A stretch of 64,000 nt of DNA from an uncultured Dehalococcoidia bacterium (GCA_951812505.1 CATOSI010000001.1:857273-921272); one strand, 5' to 3'. Counted from the stretch's first letter, positions 37,228 through 46,712 are shown. Numbers and translations: made by a program. Notes: generated by a model from the letters alone, not told the origin.

Positions 37228-38904
37228 ATGTCCGCGTCAATCCGAAGACAGATATCCGATAGTGTAAGCGCGGCGCTTGCTTCCGCTCAGTCGTCCGGAA
37301 AGCTCCCGGCAGTCGAAGTAAGCGACCTCTCGATAGAAAGGCCGCAGAAATCCGAAAATGGCGATTTCTCGTGCAGCCTGGCCATGAAGCTCGCCCGCCC
37401 CATGAAGATGAATCCCAGGGCAATAGGCCAGGCGATAGTGGACGCCCTTCCCGACTCGGATATCGTCGGCAACGTATGGGTCGCGGGTCCCGGCTTCGTC
37501 AATTTCTCCTTCGATGATGAATGGCTCCAGTCCCAGGTGGATCAGGTGATCGAACAGGGCGAAGAATTCGGCAACTCCGACCTCGGAGGCGGCAGGAGCA
37601 TCCAGGTCGAATTCGTCAGCGTCAATCCCACAGGGCCGGTCCACGTCGGACACGCAAGGGGCGCGGTGCTCGGAAGCGCGCTCGCCAACGCCCTCGAGGC
37701 AGCTGGATTCGACGTGCAGCGCGAGTACTACGTGAACGACGCCGGAACGCAGATGGAACTGTTCTACCAGACCGCCTACGCCCGCTATCTCCAGCAGCGC
37801 GGCAAACAGGTGGACATTCCTGATGACGGCTATCGTGGCGAATACATGAACGACCTTGCCCTTTCGATAGTCGCCAGGCATGGCGACGAGTATCTGCACA
37901 TGGATGCGCAGGAGGCCACGGCCGCCATAGGAGAAGTCGCCCTCGAAACGATGGTGGACTCCATCAGGCAGTCTCTGGACAGGTTGGGCGTGGGCTACGA
38001 CGTGTGGTTCCGTGAACGCAGCCTGTACGACGAGGGCGGATTCGACGGCGTGATGAAGCTAATAGAAGAGCGCGGATACCGGGCAGAGCGCGACGGCGCG
38101 GTGTGGTTCGCGGCAACCGAACTCGGCGAGGAGAACGACGCAGTGCTCATACGCTCCAACGGCGCGCCCACCTACTTCGCCTCCGACGTCGCCTACCATC
38201 ACAACAAGTTCATAGAGCGCGGCTTCGACCGAGTCGTGAACATATGGGGCGCGGACCATCAGGGACACGTGAACCGGATGAAAGCCGCCGTCTCCGCAAT
38301 GGGTGTGGACCCGGACCGCCTCACGCTGATGATCTACCAGATGGTTACCTTCAAGCAGGGCGACGAACTCGTGCGGCTGTCCAAGCGTTCGGGCGACATC
38401 ATCACGGTTGACGATCTGGTTGACCAGGTCGGCGCGGACGCATGCCGCTACTTCTTCCTGTCGCGCGCCGCCGAGACGCAGATGGAATTCGACCTGGAAC
38501 TGGCGGCTCGCCAGTCCTCCGACAATCCGGTTTACTACGTCCAGTACGCACACGCGCGAATAGCGAGCATCATAGCCGGCGCAACTGAGCGCGATATCCG
38601 GTTCGATGCTGCCGACCTGTCGCTTCTCAACCACGAAGCAGAACTGACGCTGATCCGCAAGATAGTCCAGCTGCCCGAACTTGTGGAAGTCATGGCGTCC
38701 AACCTGGAGGTCCACCACCTGCCCCACTACGCCCAGGAACTCGCGACCGCCTTCCACTGGTTCTACCAGCAGTGCCGCGTGATTTCGACGGTAGAAGGCG
38801 AAGAGGGACTTACCAGGGCAAGGTTGCGTCTGTGCCTCGCCTCGAAGACAGCCCTTGCGCGCTGTCTGTCCCTGATGGGCATGAGCACGCCGGACAGGAT
38901 GTGA
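37228..38904 (+). CDS. argS: arginine--tRNA ligase
   Basis: NPTGPVHVGHARG (HIGH-type), the RLSKRSG region, and DALR anticodon-binding-like C-terminus ending in M; 558 aa. Confidence 0.9.
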   Translation: MSASIRRQISDSVSAALASAQSSGKLPAVEVSDLSIERPQKSENGDFSCSLAMKLARPMKMNPRAIGQAIVDALPDSDIVGNVWVAGPGFVNFSFDDEWLQSQVDQVIEQGEEFGNSDLGGGRSIQVEFVSVNPTGPVHVGHARGAVLGSALANALEAAGFDVQREYYVNDAGTQMELFYQTAYARYLQQRGKQVDIPDDGYRGEYMNDLALSIVARHGDEYLHMDAQEATAAIGEVALETMVDSIRQSLDRLGVGYDVWFRERSLYDEGGFDGVMKLIEERGYRAERDGAVWFAATELGEENDAVLIRSNGAPTYFASDVAYHHNKFIERGFDRVVNIWGADHQGHVNRMKAAVSAMGVDPDRLTLMIYQMVTFKQGDELVRLSKRSGDIITVDDLVDQVGADACRYFFLSRAAETQMEFDLELAARQSSDNPVYYVQYAHARIASIIAGATERDIRFDAADLSLLNHEAELTLIRKIVQLPELVEVMASNLEVHHLPHYAQELATAFHWFYQQCRVISTVEGEEGLTRARLRLCLASKTALARCLSLMGMSTPDRM

Positions 38905-38914
38905 ACGACCGGGA

Positions 38915-39469
38915 CTACTCCAACCCGCCGTTTCTCTTGTAACGTTGTGTCTTCAGCACATAGACCTTGTTGAAGTACTCGCCAAGTTCGAGGTGTCGGT
39001 CCTGGACCTGCCCGCGTACTCGTCCGGGCACGCCGACCACAATCGAACGGGTCGGCACTTGCATATCGTCCAACACGACCGCGCCGGAGGCGACGACGCA
39101 CTCGTCGCCGATTTCTACGCCATCGTTGACGACCGCGCCGTTCCCAAGAAGCGTTCGGGCGCCGACCGCTTTGGCATGGCACACTACCCTGTGTCCTATG
39201 ACCACATAGTCGCCAATCGTCGCGTCAGTGTCGCAGTGGACGACGGAGTTGTCCTGAATACAGGTGTACTTGCCAATAGTTATCTTTCCCATGTCTCCTC
39301 GGACCACGGTTCCGGGCCAGACGCTGGAGCCTTCTCCGATTTCCACGTCGCCGATTACGTAGGCCGCCTCGCTCACGAAAGCGGTGGGATGAATTCTGGG
39401 TGTAATTCCGTCCAAAGTCTTAATCACGGCGTTTCCTCTTGTGATTTGCGTTAAGCTTTCTTCGGACAT
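38915..39469 (-). CDS. gamma-class carbonic anhydrase-family (hexapeptide repeat) protein
   Basis: IHPTAFVSEAAYVIGDVEIGEGSSVWPGTVVRGD and a left-handed beta-helix repeat pattern. Confidence 0.8.
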   Translation of the reverse strand: MSEESLTQITRGNAVIKTLDGITPRIHPTAFVSEAAYVIGDVEIGEGSSVWPGTVVRGDMGKITIGKYTCIQDNSVVHCDTDATIGDYVVIGHRVVCHAKAVGARTLLGNGAVVNDGVEIGDECVVASGAVVLDDMQVPTRSIVVGVPGRVRGQVQDRHLELGEYFNKVYVLKTQRYKRNGGLE

Positions 39470-39575
39470 ACTCTATTGGATTCTGCATCGAGAGAAAACC
39501 CCTGCCAGCGTCTGCGCGTATGCTATCCTGAATAGTAGTTTCTAAATCCTGAAGCATATAATCACGGACTACATC

Positions 39576-40163
39576 ATGACCAGAATGACCGTAACACTAT
39601 GGCTCGGGGTCGCAATCGCAATTCTGATTGGGGCCTGCTCCGAGCCCGCTCCGGTTCCAACGCCAACGCCGGAACCGACCGTTGCTCCGACGCACACACC
39701 CGTACCCACGCAGACACCTATCCCAACGGCGACGCCCATGCCAGCCGCTACGCCGGAGCCGACAGCGGAACCCGAACCGACCGCCACGGTGCAGACAGCG
39801 GCCCTGTTCGAGTACAGCCGGGCGGTCAGGCTGCTGGAAGTCCAGGAGTTCGCCGATGCCATCACCGCTTTCGACCTGGTGATTCGGAAGCTGCCGGACT
39901 TCGGCAGGGCATATTACCGGAGAGGACTGGCCTTCTACGGCGACGAGCGACTGGAACTGGCGCTGGAAGATTTCGACAAAGCAATAGAGCTCGAGCCCGA
40001 ATACGCGGGCACTTATGTAGCGAGGGCGAAACTCCACCTGGACGAAGGCAGGAAGGTCGAGGCGCGCGCAGACCTGGAGAAGGCTATGGAGGTCGCAAAT
40101 CCTGTACGCATATACGACAGACCGGTGATCAGGGAGGCGAGTGAGCTTCTGGCCCTGTTCTAG
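39576..40163 (+). CDS. TPR lipoprotein with Pro/Thr-rich linker
   Basis: Lipobox LIGAC, about 45 residues of PT-rich linker, then TPR motifs (AYYRRGLAFY, YVARAKLHL). Confidence 0.7.
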   Translation: MTRMTVTLWLGVAIAILIGACSEPAPVPTPTPEPTVAPTHTPVPTQTPIPTATPMPAATPEPTAEPEPTATVQTAALFEYSRAVRLLEVQEFADAITAFDLVIRKLPDFGRAYYRRGLAFYGDERLELALEDFDKAIELEPEYAGTYVARAKLHLDEGRKVEARADLEKAMEVANPVRIYDRPVIREASELLALF

Positions 40164-41314
40164 CTCCTGCTATGTCCGTGGCCTGGCCATGACAGCGACT
40201 TCGCCAATGCGTGCAGCCCTGAATGTTGAGCGGCGTTCGCGGGGATGATTCGCGTGCCCAAGACGACTGCCGTTCCTCTGGTGACCGAGTCCGCGGGCAG
40301 CGATGGCATCTTCCGAAATTCCCCAACGATTACCTCTGACGGACGGAGAGCGTACAAACAGGGCAACAGAACATTTGATGCAATTACAAGCGCGAAGCCG
40401 CGACCGACATGCGGGGAGTCCGAGAGCATCTTAACCAACGCGCTCGCGCCGCCGCAGTCGAATCCGGCACGCATGTACTCCGAAAGGTCCATACCTTTGC
40501 TGTGGACCAATATGTGCGCCATCGCTCTCATCCGATAGACTGGATCGTTGTGCGGCCTGACGCGGAACATACTCCAATCACTCTCGGACAAGCGGCGGCG
40601 CGCACCCATACTTGAGGCGACTCTGCGTACCTGGCTTCGTTCAAGTACGGGCACTCGCTTGAGCATGTTGCCGACCGCCGCCAGCACTGCGAATATGCCA
40701 AACTCCGCGGTTGCGGGCGGTTCGTTTCGGAGAGGTTCGAACTGGGTTAGCGGCGCAGCGCGGGAGAGGGCGAGAAACGGTTTGCGGTTTCTGGCGTAGC
40801 CCATTGCCTCCATCAGGCCCTGGTACATGAGCTGGTCGGGGGGAACCCCAGCGTCCAATTCCAGTCGGAAGCCGCCGCTCTTCGCGATGAACCTTTCCAC
40901 TCCCAGGTCTTCAAGGTCGGCGGATGAGATGTTTGGCGAGTTCGGTACGATGGGTGAATCGGCCCGGAATGTCACTGCTGCCGTCGGTGGAGACGCGTTC
41001 GGATTGGGGTTCCGAGCCAGGCTCAGGACGACCTGAAGCACGACACCATTGTATGCGGGGTCGAGGTGATGGCCGTGCGACTTCCAGCCGGACTGTTCGA
41101 GGTGTAGTTCGACGTCGCCGCCGAAGGTCTTCCCATCGCGACTGAGAACCGCGCCGGTGAAGTCGGGGCCGGCGCCCTGGTTCCGTACACCCGGAAATAT
41201 TACATCGTACCTGTGCCCTTCGCCGTCCACCACATCGGGGCGAAGGTCGAGAGCGCGCTCCCAGAGGTCGGAGAACTGTCTCTCGGATGTGATCTGCGTT
41301 AATACACCCGCCAT
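40160..41314 (-). CDS. DUF2851-family protein
   Basis: GVRNQGAGPDFTGAVL...GDVELHLEQSGWKSHGHHLDPAYNGVVLQVV resembles the DUF2851 core as I remember it. Confidence 0.6.
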   Translation of the reverse strand: MAGVLTQITSERQFSDLWERALDLRPDVVDGEGHRYDVIFPGVRNQGAGPDFTGAVLSRDGKTFGGDVELHLEQSGWKSHGHHLDPAYNGVVLQVVLSLARNPNPNASPPTAAVTFRADSPIVPNSPNISSADLEDLGVERFIAKSGGFRLELDAGVPPDQLMYQGLMEAMGYARNRKPFLALSRAAPLTQFEPLRNEPPATAEFGIFAVLAAVGNMLKRVPVLERSQVRRVASSMGARRRLSESDWSMFRVRPHNDPVYRMRAMAHILVHSKGMDLSEYMRAGFDCGGASALVKMLSDSPHVGRGFALVIASNVLLPCLYALRPSEVIVGEFRKMPSLPADSVTRGTAVVLGTRIIPANAAQHSGLHALAKSLSWPGHGHSRS

Positions 41315-41355
41315 GATACTGTTTCGCTCGATTCAGGCCGCGAAAGTTGGCCGGA

Positions 41356-42747
41356 CTATAAGATGGGCCAGCGAGGCCGGAATGAGATGCCAGCGCGATC
41401 CAACATACTCTGACCTATGCTCTGCATCTGGCCAATGAGTTCCCGCTCGTCAACAAAGGTCGGCTTGTGGTCGCGGACGACGATCCTGCCGTTCACCAGG
41501 ACGGTATGAACGCTGCGACCATCGGCGGAGTACACCAGGTTGTTCACGGGATTGAACAGCGTCCGCCACTCGGGTCTCATCGTGTCGAACAACACAAGGT
41601 CGGCCTTCTTGCCGACCTCGATGGATCCGATCTCGGCAGACATGCCGAGCGCTTCAGCGCCGGTGATCGTCCCAAGCTCGAGAGCGGTCTCGGCCGGGAT
41701 CATGGACACATCCTGCCTGCCGTCCTTGTAGAGGATTGCCGAGAGATAAACGCTTCTTAGCGTTTCTATAAGGTTGGAATTGTTCGGAGCATCAGTCCCT
41801 AGAGCCACTTTCACACCAGCATCCAGGAGTTCTGGCATCAGTGCGGTGCGCGTCGTGCCGGAGCCTCCCTTGACGGCGGCCGGGGGGCACATAACCACGG
41901 TCGCACCAGATTCGGCGATTACGCCAACATCATCTTCCGTTATACCCAGAGCGTGGGCGAGGAGGATATCTTCGTCCAGGAAGTCAATCCGGTTCAACCA
42001 GCCAGTGGGTGTAGCGCCGGTGCGGGACTGCCAGTCTTCGACGGCAGCTCCCGAAAAGCTGTGGTGAATCGTCGCGCGCGTATCCTTGTCATTCACTATT
42101 TTCTGTATCCCTGAAAGCAGTTCAGGCGACGCGTATTCGGAGGAGAAGGGCATCGCCCAGGCGCGCATCATGCCGTCGAGTTCACCGTCAAACTCGGCAA
42201 TCGTCCGCTCGGTGATTTCCAGAGCCTCTTCCGTTTGGTACGTCGGGACATTCAGCGGGTTGGACTTGTCGGCGACCTGCGTTCCGGTGATGATGCGACA
42301 GCCAGCGGTGCGGTAGGCGTCCATGCAGGCGGCTATGTGCTTCGTGCTGCCGGGATCAACGAAGGTAGTCGTACCGTACTTGAGCAGCTCGGTTATGGCT
42401 AGAAGAGACGTTAGCCGTTCTTCCTCCGGGGACATGATTCCCTGGAGTCTGAAGACGTTTGGCAGGTAGTCCGGGCCCAGGTCGTCGGGGAAGATGCCCC
42501 TGGTGGCGTGGGCGTAGCTTATGTGCATATGGCCGCCGACGAAGCCCGGCGTCAGGACGAAGTCCCGGGCGTCCAGCGTTTGGTCGGCAGCCACTTCCTC
42601 CAAGTCTGAGGACTTTCCCACGCGCATGATCGTGTCGCCCTCGATCAGGATAGAGGCGTCGCTCAGGATGCGCCTTTCGGAGTCCATGGTGAGGGCGTAG
42701 AGGGCGTGTTCTATTTTTATGGAGGGTTGAGTCATGCTGTCTGGCAA
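41356..42747 (-). CDS. amidohydrolase (chlorohydrolase / nucleoside-deaminase-like family)
   Basis: GFVGGHMHISY (HxH), HALGIT, and GTDAPNNSN metal-site motifs. Confidence 0.75.
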   Translation of the reverse strand: MPDSMTQPSIKIEHALYALTMDSERRILSDASILIEGDTIMRVGKSSDLEEVAADQTLDARDFVLTPGFVGGHMHISYAHATRGIFPDDLGPDYLPNVFRLQGIMSPEEERLTSLLAITELLKYGTTTFVDPGSTKHIAACMDAYRTAGCRIITGTQVADKSNPLNVPTYQTEEALEITERTIAEFDGELDGMMRAWAMPFSSEYASPELLSGIQKIVNDKDTRATIHHSFSGAAVEDWQSRTGATPTGWLNRIDFLDEDILLAHALGITEDDVGVIAESGATVVMCPPAAVKGGSGTTRTALMPELLDAGVKVALGTDAPNNSNLIETLRSVYLSAILYKDGRQDVSMIPAETALELGTITGAEALGMSAEIGSIEVGKKADLVLFDTMRPEWRTLFNPVNNLVYSADGRSVHTVLVNGRIVVRDHKPTFVDERELIGQMQSIGQSMLDRAGISFRPRWPIL

Positions 42748-42766
42748 CCGAGTTCAGTCAACTAAT

Positions 42767-42840
42767 ACCGTTTTCATATGTTTCTGACGTATAGTAACCA
42801 GCCTCCCACCCTTGGATTCCCGCCTTCGCGGGAATGACGA
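42767..42840 (+). repeat. family A repeat, long form, copy 7
   Basis: ACCGTTTTCATATGTTTCTGACGTATAGTAACCAGCCTCCCACCCTTGGATTCCCGCCTTCGCGGGAATGACGA. About nine-tenths identical to copy 5 over about 74 nt. Confidence 0.9.
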
Positions 42841-42888
42841 TTGGAATTTGAAAGTACACTGAATACAACAAACCTAAGTGGACATCGA

Positions 42889-43803
42889 CTATTGCCAGTG
42901 TTCGGGGAGAATCGGCGCGTCGAGGCCCAGTTTGTCGGCGATCCAGCGCTCGAGGTAAAGGCCGTCTTTGTAGCTGGAACGCTCGGAGGGATACACCGTG
43001 ACGCCGCCGCCTATGGCGTCGGTCAGCGGGCGCAACGCTTCGGGTCCCAAGAGGGATCCCTCCGGTCCAGCGTTGATCAGAGTCGTCGCGCCAATGCGAT
43101 GGGCGAAGGCGCGGAGGTCGAAGTGGGACAGCGTACTTGCCACAGAATCCATTCTTGAAGGGTGTGCTCTTAAGTAGTCGTTGTACTCTTCAAGGGGGTA
43201 GCCCTGCGTCTTACGCGCAAGACCGAGCGGGTCGAAGAACAGCGCGGGGGTGCAGACAAGATGGGTCGAGCCAGGTCGCAGAGCCAGGGCCTGCATAGCC
43301 ACATCGTTGCCTATGACCGCGGTGCGCGTCTTGTCAACCTGGTCCAAGGAGTTCACATACTCGAGGCCGCGAATCGCGTCTGCGACTATGCCCCTGAAGA
43401 CGTAGCTGTCGGGGGACGAAATGCCCTCGGTGAGCAGACCGGGGAACATCGCGGCGAAGGGCTTGTCGGAGTTGCGCTGTCCCCTGCCCGCGAGCGAGAA
43501 GGTGACGAATTGGCTGCGGACGGCGTTCGCTGTCCCCTGCGGGATTATCTCAAGCACACTGGCGTACTTGGGAGTCCAGTAGATGGAAGGGAACGGCCCA
43601 TCGCCCTTGGGAACGCTGAGGTATCCAAACAGCCTGTACGGGCCAATGCTCGTTATCGAGACACCATGAAGCATGGCGAAGTCGGTCTCCCTCAGGGGTA
43701 TGGCCTCAACCTCGGGTTCGGCAGGGGTGGCGTCCAGTTCGGCGACGACCTCGTCCCAGTATTCGTCGAATCCGTCCGGCCTGGTGTAGTCCGAATCAGC
43801 CAT
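42889..43803 (-). CDS. acetyl xylan esterase (AXE1)-like alpha/beta hydrolase, copy 1
   Basis: DGFDEYWDEVVAEL N-terminus is typical of AXE1/cephalosporin-C deacetylase. This copy lacks an obvious GxSxG (VIGNDVA). Confidence 0.6.
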   Translation of the reverse strand: MADSDYTRPDGFDEYWDEVVAELDATPAEPEVEAIPLRETDFAMLHGVSITSIGPYRLFGYLSVPKGDGPFPSIYWTPKYASVLEIIPQGTANAVRSQFVTFSLAGRGQRNSDKPFAAMFPGLLTEGISSPDSYVFRGIVADAIRGLEYVNSLDQVDKTRTAVIGNDVAMQALALRPGSTHLVCTPALFFDPLGLARKTQGYPLEEYNDYLRAHPSRMDSVASTLSHFDLRAFAHRIGATTLINAGPEGSLLGPEALRPLTDAIGGGVTVYPSERSSYKDGLYLERWIADKLGLDAPILPEHWQ

Positions 43804-44737
43804 TGGACCCCTCCTGCGCGAGATGCTTTTCGAAGAAGGCGTTGATTATCGGGTCGTGCTCGTCTCGGCCCGCGCTGTGTCCCTGCCCGTCGTAGGCGTA
43901 GAGGCGCTTGTCTTCGCTGGCGATATTCCGGAAGAGCGCGTAGCCGGTCTCCGGCGGGCAGACATTGTCCTGAAGCCCGATATTGACGATGATCGGACAG
44001 GTAATGCTGTCGGCAAAATTTACGCAGTCGAAGTAGTTCAGCGTGCGCTCGACTCGCTCTCGCCTGGAAGGGTGAAGCCTGAGATAGTCGTTGATCTCCT
44101 GGTAGGGGTACGTACTGGTGAGCTCTATCGAGTCCATGAACCCGGTCAGGTAGGGCGCGCCTGCTGCTGCGGCCTTGATCTCGCCTCGCATGGCGGCGGT
44201 ACAGATCGTCAGTCCACCGCCCTGGCTGCTGCCGGTGACCCCAATCCTGCCGGAATCCACCTCGTCCCTGGACAGCAGGAAGTCAACTCCGCGCCAGGCG
44301 TCCACGTAGAAGCCCCGGTAGGAATAGACGTTGCGGTCAACCATGCCGTAGGTGAGCAGGCCGGGATAACCGGGATTGAACTGGGCATTGGAGCGCAGTT
44401 TGCCGCGCGGCGCGGCGCCGAGAGCGGCGTATCCGCGTCTCGCCCACTCCTTAGGGATGGGCGGATCGCTCTGGTAGCCCGGTACCGCCAAGATTGCGGG
44501 CAGCGGTCCGTGCGCGCCTCTGGGCAGGCAGTACCAGGCGGCGACCCTCACATTGTCCAGACTGTTGTAGAAGACCTGGAACACCTCGACTTCATCGTCG
44601 GAGCGCAGGGGGTTGGTTACGACTTCCGGCGCCAAGTCAATACGCTCGACTTGAGACTTGACGTCGGCCCAGAAGGAGTCGAAGTCGTCAGGCTTGCGCG
44701 CCTTGCTCCGATAGTTCACATCTACTAAATATGCCAA
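43796..44737 (-). CDS. acetyl xylan esterase (AXE1)-like alpha/beta hydrolase, copy 2
   Basis: PDDFDSFWADVKSQV, nucleophile elbow GSSQGG, and GLQDNVCPP. The start is set at TTG 44737 (alternative GTG 44719), because the longer ORF runs into tRNA-Gly. Confidence 0.7.
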   Translation of the reverse strand: MAYLVDVNYRSKARKPDDFDSFWADVKSQVERIDLAPEVVTNPLRSDDEVEVFQVFYNSLDNVRVAAWYCLPRGAHGPLPAILAVPGYQSDPPIPKEWARRGYAALGAAPRGKLRSNAQFNPGYPGLLTYGMVDRNVYSYRGFYVDAWRGVDFLLSRDEVDSGRIGVTGSSQGGGLTICTAAMRGEIKAAAAGAPYLTGFMDSIELTSTYPYQEINDYLRLHPSRRERVERTLNYFDCVNFADSITCPIIVNIGLQDNVCPPETGYALFRNIASEDKRLYAYDGQGHSAGRDEHDPIINAFFEKHLAQEGSNG

Positions 44738-44825
44738 TGGAATATCACCTGCCTCGCAGAATAGCTGCGCGTCTCTTCCAAAACGAGGGCGCGCTTCGCC
44801 CGTGGTTCGGGCGTATGTCTGGGAA

Positions 44826-44900
44826 TGGAGCGGGTGATGGGATTCGAACCCACGACATTTTGCTTGGGAAGCAAACACTCTACCCCTGAGTTACACCCGC
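44826..44900 (-). tRNA. tRNA-Gly, anticodon CCC (75 nt including CCA)
   Basis: The reverse complement is GCGGGTGTAACTCAGGGGTAGAGTGTTTGCTTCCCAAGCAAAATGTCGTGGGTTCGAATCCCATCACCCGCTCCA. Cloverleaf with anticodon loop UU-CCC-AA. Confidence 0.9.
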
Positions 44901-44998
44901 TCTTCGGTTGCGAGATTGTACCAGCGGCATGTCGCATTGACAACTGAGACCGTTTAGTCTGAGGTTGTTAGTCTTCAACTGTCAGAATCAGGACTTTC

Positions 44999-45031
44999 GG
45001 GATGATGGGATGTAGGGGATGGGAATGGGGG
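44999..45031 (+). other. G-quadruplex-forming motif
   Basis: GGG-ATGAT-GGG-ATGTA-GGGG-AT-GGG-AAT-GGGGG: five G-tracts of 3 or more with loops of 7 nt or fewer. Confidence 0.6.
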
Positions 45032-45165
45032 ATTGACGGGTGTCTGCCATGGGAATTTGGACTTTCGTGATGGTCGGACGCATTCCCGACGGTCTGCTAG
45101 AATGTGCGCGGCTCGACTCAGGCCAATATAGGCTAACCAACTGGCAGGAAAAGAGGTAAGGCACG

Positions 45166-45510
45166 ATGGCGCTTCAGCCCGCAATACTGGAAATCGGAAC
45201 GGGGATAGACCTACACGGACAGGACTACACGGAAGCGGCTCGGCGCGCGGTATGGAATGCGGTGCATCAGAGCAGTTTGATGTTTCTGGGAATGCTGGGG
45301 CCGGATATATCGAAAGAGATGATAGTGGACGTTACGGTGGCAATACCTCAGCCGGACGCGGTGGACGCCGATACGGTGCTCGCGGTACTGCCGCACGGCA
45401 AGGGAAGGCTCACGACCGTGGAAGGCGGACTGGAGATTGAGCCGCGCGAGGGGTCTGGGGACAAGACTGTGATAGCGAATGCGGCGGTGGTGGTTAGGGT
45501 GGACGTCTGA
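45166..45510 (+). CDS. Lin0512-family small conserved protein
   Basis: 114 aa. EIGTGIDLHGQDYTEAARRAV resembles the Lin0512 family as I remember it. Confidence 0.55.
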   Translation: MALQPAILEIGTGIDLHGQDYTEAARRAVWNAVHQSSLMFLGMLGPDISKEMIVDVTVAIPQPDAVDADTVLAVLPHGKGRLTTVEGGLEIEPREGSGDKTVIANAAVVVRVDV

Positions 45511-45541
45511 CCTTCACAATTCGCAATTCGCAATTCTAAAT

Positions 45542-46039
45542 TTACAATTCTCCCGGCGCGGCTCTGGCCAATCCCGACAGTTCGGGTAGTTCGTCCAGCG
45601 AGATTATGCGGCCCGTGTTCTCGTAGGTCTCAATCAGGGTACGCAGGTCGTCGGGCACGGGGCGGGAGACGCCGGCGTCGCTGTCGAAGTTCACGTAGAT
45701 GATCTCGGCCCGGAGCAGAAGGTCGCCGGAGGCGCGGTTATGTATCTCGGACCTGGTCGTCAGGCTGGTGTTGCCGATGCGCTCGACCTTCCAGTGTATG
45801 TCTATCAGGTCGTCCACCCTGGCCGGGGCGATGTACTCGAGCGTAGCCTTGACGGTGGCGGTGTCGAAGTGGCGTCTTCCGTCCGGGTCGTACAGGACGA
45901 ATCCGAGGTTCCTGAAGTACTCCGCCTGGGCCACTTCAAGGTAGTTGAAATACGAGCCGTTGAAGACGATCCCCTGAGCGTCGCAGTCGGACCACCGGAC
46001 GCGCTCTGTGCAGCTGAATCTGAAGTCGTCTTTTGGCAA
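45542..46039 (-). CDS. acyl-CoA thioesterase (4HBT / YbgC-like hot-dog fold)
   Basis: RVRWSDCDAQGIVFNGSYFNYLEVAQAEYFR is a typical 4HBT N-terminal motif. Confidence 0.75.
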   Translation of the reverse strand: MPKDDFRFSCTERVRWSDCDAQGIVFNGSYFNYLEVAQAEYFRNLGFVLYDPDGRRHFDTATVKATLEYIAPARVDDLIDIHWKVERIGNTSLTTRSEIHNRASGDLLLRAEIIYVNFDSDAGVSRPVPDDLRTLIETYENTGRIISLDELPELSGLARAAPGEL

Positions 46040-46122
46040 GCGCCGCCACCTTTCTCGACACTGTGAGAGATGAGACAGGAGAGTTGAGCTGCATCAGCCG
46101 ATGATTAGAGGCAGACACCCCT

Positions 46123-46147
46123 AATACGGGTGAAGGCTCAGCCTTCC
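46123..46147 (-). repeat. family D hairpin repeat, copy 2 (inverted)
   Basis: The reverse complement is GGAAGGCTGAGCCTTCACCCGTATT. Confidence 0.8.
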
Positions 46148-46189
46148 CTTCCTTGACACTGATTTTGGCGTAAAGATATACTCAACGCC

Positions 46190-46606
46190 ATGAGTTCGCA
46201 ACTGACAGCAGAGTGCCAGGTCGTCCACCCGGACGGTCTGGAAGTGGAGATAAACTCGGGCAGCATGACCCGCTTGGCGGGCGTGTCGCAGGCGCTTGGC
46301 GGGGCCGAAGGCATCCATCTGGCGATAGCCACGATTCCTCCCGGATGCGCGTCCAGTCCGCACTATCACGTCAATTGCGAGTCGGCGATCTATGTTTCCA
46401 AGGGACAAGGACGGTTCCTTACCGGTGTACATCTTGAGAAGTCGCTGGATATCTCAGAAGGCGACTTCATATACGTGCCGCCGGACTCAGTACACCAGCC
46501 GGTGAACGACAGTCTTTCGGAGTCGATGGAGCTCATCGTCGCCAGAAACGCGCCTGTGGAGATCGTGGTCGAGTTCGACCCGGAGACGGGCCAGCCAGCA
46601 GAATAA
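46190..46606 (+). CDS. cupin-domain protein
   Basis: PPGCASSPHYHVNCESAIYVSKGQG and GDFIYVPPDSVHQP cupin motifs 1 and 2. Confidence 0.75.
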   Translation: MSSQLTAECQVVHPDGLEVEINSGSMTRLAGVSQALGGAEGIHLAIATIPPGCASSPHYHVNCESAIYVSKGQGRFLTGVHLEKSLDISEGDFIYVPPDSVHQPVNDSLSESMELIVARNAPVEIVVEFDPETGQPAE

Positions 46607-46635
46607 TCCTCCCCACTTCCCTTCCCCTTCAAAGT

Positions 46636-46712
46636 GGGCCATTAGCTCAGACGGTTAGAGCGCAGTCCTGATAAGACTGAGGTCCCTGGTTCGAGTCCAG
46701 GATGGCCCACCA
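46636..46712 (+). tRNA. tRNA-Ile, anticodon GAU (77 nt including CCA)
   Basis: GGGCCATTAGCTCAGACGGTTAGAGCGCAGTCCTGATAAGACTGAGGTCCCTGGTTCGAGTCCAGGATGGCCCACCA. Anticodon loop CU-GAU-AA. Confidence 0.9.

Noticed and set aside
39645-39786. Apparent nucleotide repeat (CCGACGCC/ACGCCGGAACC-like) at 39.65-39.79 kb
   Set aside because: It encodes a Pro/Thr/Ala-rich linker (PTPTPEPTVAPTHTPVPTQTPIPTATPMPAATPEPTAEPEPTA) of the TPR lipoprotein. This is low-complexity coding sequence, not a separate repeat element.
44738-44878. N-terminal extension of the AXE1 copy 2 ORF (MFASQAKCRGFESHHPL...)
   Set aside because: It overlaps tRNA-Gly(CCC) on the same strand. GFESH is the translated T-arm, so the true start must be downstream.
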